From a bacterium (GTDB lineage: Bacteria; Patescibacteriota; Patescibacteriia; SBBB01): a stretch of DNA of 64,000 nt. Where the stretch lies: positions 8,980 through 72,979 of the forward strand of contig SBBB01000025.1 of the NCBI GenBank assembly GCA_005239895.1. Reading direction: 5' to 3'. This document shows, piece by piece, positions 27,240-36,349 of this stretch (within the stretch, counting starts at the first letter, position 1; the number at the start of each line of letters is the position of its first letter). The translations under genes and the position numbers were made by a program. Under the pieces are notes generated by a model. That model ran no database searches. It saw only the letters and a program-made list of their open reading frames with translations, and had not been told where the DNA came from.

Positions 27240-28250
27240 TTAATTATTTAATAACCATTTGTGTTTATTAATTACGTGCTCAGCGTGAGTTTTACTAAAC
27301 ACACTTTCACCGTTTGGTTTAGATAAAAAATATAAATAAGGTGAATCTTGAGGGTTTAAAGCGGCGTTTAAAGATTCATAGCCAGGGTTGGAAATAGGCG
27401 TCGGAGGCAAACCCTTGTATTTATAAGTATTATAGGGGTTATCAATTTTCAGTTCTTGTTCATTAAGCCTGAAGCTTTGATTATGAGTGATATAATTTAA
27501 AGTAGAATCAACTTGTAGGGGCATATTTATTTTTAAGCGTTTCCATAATATATCGCTTACAATTGATTTTTCAGTATTAAATTTAACTTCACGTTCAATG
27601 ATACTAGCGATAGTTACAATATCATAAAGAGTGGGCTCACTAGATGAGGTAATTTTTGTAGTCTGTTTTTGCATGCGATTTTGAAAATTAGTTAACATTT
27701 TATTGATAATATTATTGGCCGTAGCATTGTTGTGAATTTGGTAAGTGTCTGGAAATAAAAAACCTTCCAGAGTATTTGAAGATATGTTTTCTAAAAATGT
27801 GTATTTAGATTTATATTTTTGAACTTGATGAGCTTCTTTTATAAACTCCCCCTTGGGTAAAATACTTTTATTAAATAAATAATTATCCATTTGCTCGATT
27901 GTCCAGCCATCCACTAGGGTTATTTTTATGTCTGTGGGATATATTTGTCCGTACTGCAACATAGATATTACTTGTTTTAAGGTTAAACCATCTTTAAAAT
28001 AATATTCACCGGCTTGTAGTTGAGTATTATTTTTTAATCTAATAATAATTTTAAAAAGAGTGGAGCTAGATATAATATTTTTTTCATATAATAAATTTGC
28101 AATGGTAGCAACCCTAGCCCCAGATTGGATAATTATTCGCGCCGAATCAGGGTTAGTCCATTTCATTAAATAATACACCCATAGCGTTGAGCTAATTAAT
28201 ATAATCAATATGCAAAAGATTAAATATTTTTGTATGGTTTTAGGTTGCAT
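27240..28250 (-). CDS. mltG: Endolytic transglycosylase MltG
   Basis: LEGFLFPDTY, ASIIERE, LQVDST, PYNTYKYKGLPPTPISNPG. Confidence 0.95.
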   Translation of the reverse strand: MQPKTIQKYLIFCILIILISSTLWVYYLMKWTNPDSARIIIQSGARVATIANLLYEKNIISSSTLFKIIIRLKNNTQLQAGEYYFKDGLTLKQVISMLQYGQIYPTDIKITLVDGWTIEQMDNYLFNKSILPKGEFIKEAHQVQKYKSKYTFLENISSNTLEGFLFPDTYQIHNNATANNIINKMLTNFQNRMQKQTTKITSSSEPTLYDIVTIASIIEREVKFNTEKSIVSDILWKRLKINMPLQVDSTLNYITHNQSFRLNEQELKIDNPYNTYKYKGLPPTPISNPGYESLNAALNPQDSPYLYFLSKPNGESVFSKTHAEHVINKHKWLLNN

Positions 28251-28268
28251 ACGATAAAACTATGTTTT

Positions 28269-29789
28269 TTATATAATTGAAACCCCGGGAATTTCGTTAC
28301 TGGAAATGTCTAATAGTTTTAAAATTGTGGGCGCAATGTCTGTTAAGTTTCTTTTAGGTTGCACCAAACTTAAATCATGGCCACTATATTCACATTCTTC
28401 AAGGTTTTTACCTTCTAAATTTTTGTTTACTAAAATAAATGGTACGGGATTAGTAGTATGTTTAGGATCGGAGATATCTGTTGAAATATTCATTATATTT
28501 TCACTATTTCCATGGTCAGATGTAATTATTAAACTAGCTCCATTTATTAGCGCGCACTCAGCGATGTAGTCAATATATTTATCTATAATTTCAATGGTTT
28601 GGATAGTATTTTTTAAAACCCCACTGTGAGCGGCCCTATCAACGCAACTTAGATTTGCGACTATAAAATGATATTCTTGTTTTTCAATAGCTTTAATAAT
28701 ATGTTTTGATATTTCTTTGGTTTCATGGATTGCAGATTGCATATTTATTAGTAATCGATGTTCATTTGGATAGGCTTCTTTTACGCCACCATTAAAAAAA
28801 TAAGTTAGGTAGGGATAAGCATCGGTTGTAGTGATCCGTAGTTGAGATAAATTATTATAACTAATAATTTTACCCAAAGATTGATTTAAGGATTTAGCTG
28901 TAAATTCTGTGTTATTTGTTAAATTATGATTAATTAAAGTCGCGATGGATACATTTTTAAAAGTATAAGTTAAAAATTTAGCTTCAGATTGATTTACAAA
29001 TGCGGTTATTAAATTACGTAAACTTCCGGGTTTAGAATTAAAAAATATTATACTATCATTATCGTGAATAGCATGAGTTTTAGGGTGGCTTGTGGAGTGA
29101 GAATTTATAATTACCGACGGATGGATTTGGTGGGCGGCAATATTTTGAGATTGAAAATTATTTAAAATTTCTAGCGGATTAGAAAAAACATATTTTGAAT
29201 TTTCGCTTACGATAATGTTATATTCTTTTTCAGTTCTTTGCCAATATCCTTGGGTGTCATCAGCGTACCACGAACCAGATAAACTAGCTATTTTTGTATT
29301 TCCAGTTTTTGCGATTTCGCTTGATAAGTTATTTATAGATTGAATTATTTTAGAGTAAGCATTGTAATCACCTTCCAGCACTCCATGTATTAATATTTTG
29401 TTTAAATTATATTTCTGGGTTATTCTTAAAACGGTATATAAATACTCTAGATCATTGTATTCATCTTCTTGGTGCAAGTATCCAATTAAATGCAGAGTTG
29501 AGTTGTGTTTTTTGGCGTGTTTTAGAGTGTTTAAAAATTCGTCTTTGATAAATAGATTAGCATCCGTATTAGCGCTGTTAATCTGAGTTTTACTAGCCCC
29601 GATGGCCATATGACCAGATGCGCAACCCAATGAAAATGACTCATTATTAACATTAACCTTTAATGGTAAACTGGGGTATCTATTCAATAGTTTGTGTAAA
29701 TAAGGCGTTTTAGCTAAAGCGACAGCATTAACACTGGAAGCCGGTGCTACACCATAACCATCTATTATTAATAAAACAACACAAGGCAT
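28269..29789 (-). CDS. gpmI: iPGM (GpmI)-like protein, catalytically divergent
   Basis: IIDGYG, FFNGG, D...H, TSDHGN, HTTNPVP, L.DIAPT; downstream of gap-pgk. Confidence 0.75.
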   Translation of the reverse strand: MPCVVLLIIDGYGVAPASSVNAVALAKTPYLHKLLNRYPSLPLKVNVNNESFSLGCASGHMAIGASKTQINSANTDANLFIKDEFLNTLKHAKKHNSTLHLIGYLHQEDEYNDLEYLYTVLRITQKYNLNKILIHGVLEGDYNAYSKIIQSINNLSSEIAKTGNTKIASLSGSWYADDTQGYWQRTEKEYNIIVSENSKYVFSNPLEILNNFQSQNIAAHQIHPSVIINSHSTSHPKTHAIHDNDSIIFFNSKPGSLRNLITAFVNQSEAKFLTYTFKNVSIATLINHNLTNNTEFTAKSLNQSLGKIISYNNLSQLRITTTDAYPYLTYFFNGGVKEAYPNEHRLLINMQSAIHETKEISKHIIKAIEKQEYHFIVANLSCVDRAAHSGVLKNTIQTIEIIDKYIDYIAECALINGASLIITSDHGNSENIMNISTDISDPKHTTNPVPFILVNKNLEGKNLEECEYSGHDLSLVQPKRNLTDIAPTILKLLDISSNEIPGVSII

Positions 29790-29819
29790 ATCAATATAAT
29801 TTAAATATTAATTTTGACT

Positions 29820-31076
29820 TTAGTTCTGTTGAGTAGTATTTTGTAAAGCTTGTATGCCAGGTAATTTTTTGCCAGCTAAAAAATTTAACATTGCTCCCCC
29901 ACCCGTAGAAATATAGTCTATTTGAGATTTTTTGATGTTTCTAATAGCTTCAATGGTTTCTCCTCCCCCTAAGGCTACAAATATTTTGGGTGACATTGAT
30001 AACTTCGCTAATAGCTTGGTTAAATTTATAGTTCCAATTTTAGTAAATTTATTTTCTAAAATACCCAAAGGACCGTTCCATACAATAGTTTTAGATTGTT
30101 TTAAAATTGTGGCGTAGGATTGAAAGGTATCTTTCCCGACATCAGAGATGATCCACTTGGGTGGAATGCTATCACCAACTTTAATGGTCCTATTTTCTTG
30201 TCTATTAGAAATTAAAACATCGTTTGGAAAAATAATTTTAGAAGAATGTTTTTTTAAGATATCTTTAGCTGGTTTTAAATTTTGAGCATCTATTTTAGAT
30301 TCCCCGATATCTATACCACGAGCGGCCATAAAAGTATTTGCCATTATTCCTCCCAATAAAACATGGTTAACCTTATTAATTAGATGTTTGATAATTAGTA
30401 TTTTATCCGTGATTTTTGCTCCACCTAAAATTAATGTAAATGGTTTGCCTGTTTTAGGTTGAGTTAGGCGATTTAAAATTCGTATTTCATTAAATAAATT
30501 TAATCCAGCATAGCTTGGTAAATATTTGGGAACGCCCACAACTGAAGCGTGCTTGCGATGACTAACTGAAAAAGCCTCATTAACGTAAATATCAGCGTGT
30601 TTAGATAATTGTTTCGCGAATTTTAAATCGCATTTTTCTTCTTCGGGGTAAAAACGCAAATTTTCTAATAACACAATATCTCCTGGTAATAAACTTTCTA
30701 AATTATGATTGTTAAGATTGGAGGGTTTTGAGTTTTTTGACAATAACCAGTATTTTATATTTTTATTTCCTATTTTGGTTTCAAAAGGCAAGACCTTGCG
30801 TTTTAATAAAATACCCAATCTCAGAGCCTGAGGTTGTAAAGATAAGTGGGGGTCAATTTGTCCACCCGGTTCTCCACAATGACTAATTAAAATTATTTTA
30901 GCTTGTTGTTTGAGTAAATAATAAATTGTTGGTAAAGAGTTTTGAATGCGACTATCATCTCCAAGTTTAACAATATTAGGTTCAGTAATTATTAATGGTT
31001 CATTAAAATCTACTCGAACCAAGATTGATTTTTTATGGCAGTTTCGTAATTTAGTAAGCGTTTTTAAATTTAACAT
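29820..31076 (-). CDS. pgk: Phosphoglycerate kinase
   Basis: RVDFNEP, LLENLRF, GGAKITDK, WNGPLG, STGGGA; start moved to the ATG just after the gap stop. Confidence 0.95.
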   Translation of the reverse strand: MLNLKTLTKLRNCHKKSILVRVDFNEPLIITEPNIVKLGDDSRIQNSLPTIYYLLKQQAKIILISHCGEPGGQIDPHLSLQPQALRLGILLKRKVLPFETKIGNKNIKYWLLSKNSKPSNLNNHNLESLLPGDIVLLENLRFYPEEEKCDLKFAKQLSKHADIYVNEAFSVSHRKHASVVGVPKYLPSYAGLNLFNEIRILNRLTQPKTGKPFTLILGGAKITDKILIIKHLINKVNHVLLGGIMANTFMAARGIDIGESKIDAQNLKPAKDILKKHSSKIIFPNDVLISNRQENRTIKVGDSIPPKWIISDVGKDTFQSYATILKQSKTIVWNGPLGILENKFTKIGTINLTKLLAKLSMSPKIFVALGGGETIEAIRNIKKSQIDYISTGGGAMLNFLAGKKLPGIQALQNTTQQN

Positions 31077-31077
31077 G

Positions 31078-32097
31078 TTAGAGATAATTTCCAGCCTGAA
31101 TGACATGTTTTAGTAAAGTATAAGTGTAGCCCATCTCATTATCGTACCAAGCCAGGATTTTAATTAAATCTCCATCTACAACTTTAATTAAATTACAATC
31201 TAGTATAGACGCGTAGGGCTCTGAAAGAATATCTCCCGAAATGAGCTCTTCGTCGGTAGTTTTAAAAATTCCATTCCAGCGCTTATCTTTTTCAGCGGTT
31301 TTAAAAATACGAATCAAATCTTCTTTGGTGGTTTTATTTTTAGTTAATAAGGTGATATCTGATATTGATCCGGCAATACTAGGAACTCTGATTGCTAAAC
31401 CATCAAATAATCCTTTTAAATTTTGTATAACTCGCGTAACCGAGATGGCCGCGCCAGTTGTAGACGGAACTATATTAACCGCGGCTGCTCTACCTCGGCG
31501 CCAATCACCATGATCAGGTCCGTCTATTAATTTTTGGGTAGCTGTATAAGAATGTATGGTGGTAAGCATGGCTTTTTGAATACCAACGGTTGAATTTAAA
31601 ATTTCAATTACAGGATGAGATGAGTTCGTAGTACAAGATCCGTTAGAACTTATTTTACATTTACTTAACGCGTTTTCATTTATTCCCATTAAGACTGTCT
31701 GGCCAACGCCTTCTTGATCGTCATCTTTGGCTGGAGCAGAAATAACAACTCGTTTTGCCCCTGCAGTTAAGTGTTGTTTGGATTTTTCAAAAGTTTCGTA
31801 AAAACCACTTGATTCCACTACTATATCAATATCTAGATTTTTCCAGGGTAGTTTAGTAGGATCTTTTTCTTGAATAAATTTAACACTTTGGTCACAAACC
31901 CTAAAACCACCAGGTTCGACGGTAATATCTTTATTCCATTTTTTGTAAACCGAGTCGTATTTTAATAAATAGGCCAAGTTGGCAGCTTCTCCGAGATCAT
32001 TTATAGCTACAATCTTAATCTCGGGATGTTCGCAAGCTATTTTAAAAAATGCTCGCCCTATTCTACCAAAACCATTAATAGCAATTTTTAGAGGCAT
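31078..32097 (-). CDS. gap: Glyceraldehyde-3-phosphate dehydrogenase type I
   Basis: INGFGRIGR, SCTTN, WYDNE. Confidence 0.97.
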   Translation of the reverse strand: MPLKIAINGFGRIGRAFFKIACEHPEIKIVAINDLGEAANLAYLLKYDSVYKKWNKDITVEPGGFRVCDQSVKFIQEKDPTKLPWKNLDIDIVVESSGFYETFEKSKQHLTAGAKRVVISAPAKDDDQEGVGQTVLMGINENALSKCKISSNGSCTTNSSHPVIEILNSTVGIQKAMLTTIHSYTATQKLIDGPDHGDWRRGRAAAVNIVPSTTGAAISVTRVIQNLKGLFDGLAIRVPSIAGSISDITLLTKNKTTKEDLIRIFKTAEKDKRWNGIFKTTDEELISGDILSEPYASILDCNLIKVVDGDLIKILAWYDNEMGYTYTLLKHVIQAGNYL

Positions 32098-32155
32098 ATT
32101 TTTGATTTAGGAGTTAGCTTTTTAGCTTGTAGCCAACTTCTGTTTTTTATTTAAA

Positions 32156-32740
32156 TTAAATACTAAGCCTAACAAATTTTCCAACCTGTATATTCTCGCC
32201 AAATTTTACCGAAGCTTCATTAATTAATTCCGAAATTTTTGTAACTTCATCCTTAATATATAATTGATCTAACAAGCAGTTTTCCGTATAATATTTGTCT
32301 AATTTTCCGCTTATAATTTTATCAATAATATTAGCTGGTTTATTGGCCAGAGCTGGATCTTGAGCACAAGACTGGGTTTCGGTTTCTACAACATTAGCAG
32401 GAATATCTTGACGACTTAAATAAGATGGATTAGTAGCTGCTATATGCAAGGCTAAATTATGCGCTAATTCTCTAAACTGTTCATTATTAGCTACAAAATC
32501 AGTTTCACACATAAGTTCAATCATTACACCAACCTTGTTATTACTATGAATGTAAGAAACTATTACACCCTGAGAGGTTGGCTTAGCTGTGTTAACTTTT
32601 AACTTAGATTTACGTTTTAAATTTTCTAAAGTTTTAAAATAATCTCCATTATTTTCTTCCAAGGTTGATTTACATTCTAAAATACTCAACCCAGTTTCAT
32701 CTCTAAGTTTTTTAATATAATCAAAATTTATATTGCTCAT
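32156..32740 (-). CDS. tsf: Elongation factor Ts (short form)
   Basis: IKKLRDETG, CETDFVA, KFGENIQV..FVR. Confidence 0.95.
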   Translation of the reverse strand: MSNINFDYIKKLRDETGLSILECKSTLEENNGDYFKTLENLKRKSKLKVNTAKPTSQGVIVSYIHSNNKVGVMIELMCETDFVANNEQFRELAHNLALHIAATNPSYLSRQDIPANVVETETQSCAQDPALANKPANIIDKIISGKLDKYYTENCLLDQLYIKDEVTKISELINEASVKFGENIQVGKFVRLSI

Positions 32741-32919
32741 AAAGCGTTGTTTATTAATAGATAAAGCTTATTAGATCATCTTAGTTTATATTATAAGTTA
32801 TTTTTTATAAAATGTCTATAATTAAATGTGGATAATGTTTTGATTTAAGATTTAAGATTTAGAAGCTAGGATTTATCCGCCTAAATTTACCTTGTAAATT
32901 TTGACGGATTAACAGTATA

Positions 32920-33891
32920 ATGAATAATATGCCATCTAATTTATTAAAAATTCATACTTTGGTTTATAGGTTTTTAGAATATCTGGAGATTGAAAAAAAT
33001 GTTAGCAAATTAACACTTAGAAATTATACTTTTTATTTAGATCGTTTTATTAAATGGTTGGACGAACGCAATGTGGATACGATTGATAAAATGAATCAAT
33101 CTGTCATGCGTGAGTATAGAATATGGTTAAATAGATACAAAACCAAACATGATCAAGTTTTAAGAAAAAATACGCAAAATTATCATTTAATAGCTATTAG
33201 AAATTTTTTAAAATATTTAGCTAAGGTGGATGTTTCGTGTTTGGATCATTCCAAAATTGAATTAGCTCGCGTTGCGGAAAGGCAAGTTCAATTTTTAGAT
33301 CACGATGATCTAAATAGACTTTTAGAAGCTCCCCTTATGGTAAATAAATCTAAAGTAGTAGATTCAAATATTATCATGGCTCGCGATAAAGCTATTTTGG
33401 AACTATTGTTTTCAACGGGGTTGCGAGTATCAGAATTAACGGGTTTATATATTGATAATATTAATTTAAAAAAAGATAGCTTTACGATTCGAGGAAAAGG
33501 TGATAAGTTAAGGTTAGTATTTTTGTCTAAAATAGCCAGATTGTGGATTGCAAAATATTTAGACCTGCGTAAGGACTTAAATCCTTATTTGTTTATCAGT
33601 CATAATATTAATAATCAAACCATAATTACACAGCGCGAAGGCTTGACCAATCGCTCGATTCAACGTTTAATTATAAAGTACGCTAAAGTAGCTGGGATAA
33701 CTAAAAAAGTTACGCCCCATACTTTGCGTCATTCTTTTGCGACCGATCTTTTAATGAACGGAGCTAATTTGCGTTCTGTGCAGGAATTGTTAGGACACAC
33801 TTCTATTAGCACTACTCAGATTTATACGCACTTAACTGACCAGCACCTGAATCAGGTTTATCAAACATTTCACGACACTAAGAGAAAGTAA
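32920..33891 (+). CDS. Tyrosine recombinase XerC/XerD family (start probably 32929)
   Basis: TGLRVSEL, GKGDK, PHTLRHSFAT, LLGH..ISTTQIYTH. Confidence 0.93.
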   Translation: MNNMPSNLLKIHTLVYRFLEYLEIEKNVSKLTLRNYTFYLDRFIKWLDERNVDTIDKMNQSVMREYRIWLNRYKTKHDQVLRKNTQNYHLIAIRNFLKYLAKVDVSCLDHSKIELARVAERQVQFLDHDDLNRLLEAPLMVNKSKVVDSNIIMARDKAILELLFSTGLRVSELTGLYIDNINLKKDSFTIRGKGDKLRLVFLSKIARLWIAKYLDLRKDLNPYLFISHNINNQTIITQREGLTNRSIQRLIIKYAKVAGITKKVTPHTLRHSFATDLLMNGANLRSVQELLGHTSISTTQIYTHLTDQHLNQVYQTFHDTKRK

Positions 33892-33986
33892 AAAACCAAG
33901 AGTTAGAAAGTTGAAAGTAATAAAATTTATTAAAAAATAATTACTTTAAAACTTTCAATTTTTAACTTTCCAGCTTACTGTATTTT

Positions 33987-34061
33987 GCCCTTGTAGTTCA
34001 ATGGATAGAATAGGGGACTTCTAATCCCTAGATCGAGGTTCGATTCCTCGCGAGGGCACCA
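33987..34061 (+). tRNA. tRNA-Arg(TCT)
   Basis: GCCCTTG acceptor, GGGGA-CT-TCT-AA-TCCCT, GGTTCGATTCC, CCA encoded. Confidence 0.95.
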
Positions 34062-34262
34062 AAATTTTGTTTCGTTATAACTTCACAAAATTAAGATTAA
34101 GATGAAGATGAATAATACATATATTGTACAATATATTTTAGAGCAAAATTTTTCCTCATACACATCCTAACACTTAATACATTTTAGGTTTGTTTTTGAA
34201 CAGCCCTCAAAATCCTGAGTAACTAGTAATCAGTAACTAGTAATTTGGGTAGTTATACTTTT

Positions 34263-34646
34263 ATCATTCTGTTTTTCTTTGTTATTTCCGCGTCTTTTTT
34301 GTCATTCCTGTGTTTTTCTGTCATTCCCTTCCCCGATCAGGTCGAGAGTAAACTCCGGTGGCCAGAAGTGTGTTCGTTCATAACAAATGTAATCCTGTAA
34401 TTAAATCTTTTTAAAACAATAATACTCTTTCTACATAAAATTAAGTTGCCATTTCTTTTGTTGATTAAAATATATATTTGAATACACACCTTTTCTACTT
34501 AGTCGCCTTGCCACTAAGTAGACTGGAAGTGTTTGGAGGTCGGACTTCCAAACATTAATAATATTACTTAGTGGCAAGGCGACTAAGTGCTGTTACAGTC
34601 ATTCCCGCCTGCGCAGGAATGACAAATAAGACGCGGGAATGACAGT
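34263..34646 (-). mobile_element. Internally deleted, non-autonomous relic of the REP-flanked GIY-YIG element with nested hairpins
   Basis: Minus strand encodes IYILINKRNGNL and KDLITGLHLL*, matching both ends of the 10860 gene; GTCATTCC/GGAATGAC repeats on both sides. Confidence 0.72.
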
Positions 34647-34779
34647 GGTGGAAACAGTGCATTCATTTTAACTTTTGCGATAATCATTAACCATTGACAG
34701 CGCTTCTATTTATACTATAGTATGATTTATAAACAACTCACGAGCTGTACGCTAACTAAAACCATAAAAGGAGGTTGCC

Positions 34780-35443
34780 TTGATTACATTAGATACTAGT
34801 GTTCAAATGGTAATATTGAAATTCAATCTACTTAGCATTGATCAAATACCATTTATTGCAACTTATTTAGATTTAAAACTAGAGAAAACTAAAAGTGAGC
34901 ACAGGGGTTCAAATAATTCACAAAGTGAGCACAGGGGTTCAAATAATTCGGACAGGATTGCTTCAGCTGAAGTAATTAATAACTGTTCGTTTGCGAGCTT
35001 TATTGAACAACTTGAAGCTGCTAGCTATACAATGACCCAGTCGTTTTATCATAAACGTCCGCATGCTAAACATTTGAATCGTAGCGGGTTTTACTATGCA
35101 GTAAGTTTTTTGTTTTATCGCAAAGACTTCGCGTACTTATCCTGTAAGTTTAATGAAAAATATTCTATTATCCGTGCAGGACTCCAAGACATGTGCACTA
35201 CAAGATTATGGAATGCCAAGATATTTCCAACTCTGTTTCGTAAAAACGGTCAGTTGTTTTTTTAATCAGCGGGTTATAAATATACATAGTGGTTTATCTG
35301 TTGTGCTTGAGCCGAAGACTCAATCAATTATATCATCGCCAGGAGGCACAGATCATAATATGGTAGATAGCAACCAGACTCCGCTTCAAAAAATAAATTA
35401 CCTATCTATTATAAACGACAATGTTCAGTGCGTAGAAGTTTAA
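34780..35443 (+). pseudogene. Hypothetical gene probably split by a T7 run (35257-35263); internal 30-bp tandem duplication
   Basis: AAGGAGGT RBS; removing one T joins the two ORFs (QLFFNQRV...); SEHRGSNNS occurs twice. Confidence 0.5.
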
Positions 35444-35527
35444 TATTATAAAAATCATAAATCATATAAGGCCGATACGCGTGTTGCGTGTCGGCTTGTC
35501 TTGTTTATTTTTAAAATGAACATTACC

Positions 35528-35561
35528 GTGACAGTTCATCACGATCGAGATGAAGTGTCAC
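35528..35561. repeat. 34-bp palindrome with symmetric mismatches
   Basis: GTGACA-G-TTCATC-A-CGATCG-A-GATGAA-G-TGTCAC. Confidence 0.75.
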
Positions 35562-35587
35562 ACTATTTTGTTTTTAAATTGTTCGGT

Positions 35588-35619
35588 GGGGATAGTCTTT
35601 TATGTTACTGACTATCCCC
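35588..35619 (-). terminator. Stem-loop after 35634-36095
   Basis: GGGGATAGTC...GACTATCCCC. Confidence 0.55.
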
Positions 35620-35633
35620 TAGCTCGGTATTTT

Positions 35634-36095
35634 TTATATCGTATCTTCGCGTGGTGTTGACACGGCTCCAAATGCCAACATTAAGATCCTAATATTATTG
35701 CTCGAGTCAGTAAATTGCATATAGCTGTTTTGTGCTTTAAGCGCGGTTAAAACCTGCTCAATTTCATTTTCATTTTTACTGGTGAATAAAACATGATTGT
35801 TAGGGCACTCCACAACGCTTTCAGTGATAGTTTCTTCCCCTTTTTTGGTTACAAACTGTAAACTGGTCATGGTTGTGCCGTAGACCACATTCATTGTTTT
35901 TTCTAGTATCACGCTATTGGACATTTTGATGTAATCAAACGTGATCATATGATTAGGTAATTTATTGGTATATATTACCATAATCATTTGTTCAAAATTG
36001 AATGGTGACTCTATCCTTGTTCCATCTTGCAAATCAATAGCGAGCCTATGTCTTCGGTCATCTTCTCCTAATCTTTTTTCTGTCTTGTCAGTCAT
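35634..36095 (-). CDS. Hypothetical protein
   Basis: AAGGAGGGG RBS and TTGACA-17-CATGCT upstream. Confidence 0.6.
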   Translation of the reverse strand: MTDKTEKRLGEDDRRHRLAIDLQDGTRIESPFNFEQMIMVIYTNKLPNHMITFDYIKMSNSVILEKTMNVVYGTTMTSLQFVTKKGEETITESVVECPNNHVLFTSKNENEIEQVLTALKAQNSYMQFTDSSNNIRILMLAFGAVSTPREDTI

Positions 36096-36230
36096 TGTTT
36101 CCCCTCCTTATAAATGAATGATTAGACAATAATAGCTCGGTTGCCTACTGTCCTGCACAGCATGGCATAAAATATAGTGTTTGTCAACCCCGTTAGCAAC
36201 GGGGCTGAACTCAAATCAAAACACGCCCAT

Positions 36231-36261
36231 CAATGTTTGGCGGTCGAACCACCAAACATTG
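36231..36261. repeat. ATGTTT hairpin family member
   Basis: CAATGTTTGGCGGT-CGA-ACCACCAAACATTG. Confidence 0.8.
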
Positions 36262-36349
36262 GTTTTTCAAAAACAAGCTAGAGGCACTTAATTAAAACCA
36301 GAATCCCCTAACCAATTGTGTTGTTTTGGTTGGGGGGGTATAATATAAG

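Noticed and set aside
32156-32740. Short EF-Ts as a truncation
   Set aside because: Short ~200-aa EF-Ts forms are well known in several phyla.
32920-34061. Tyrosine recombinase beside a tRNA as a prophage or island integrase
   Set aside because: It looks like chromosomal XerC/D; I saw no duplicated tRNA-Arg 3' att site or phage genes.
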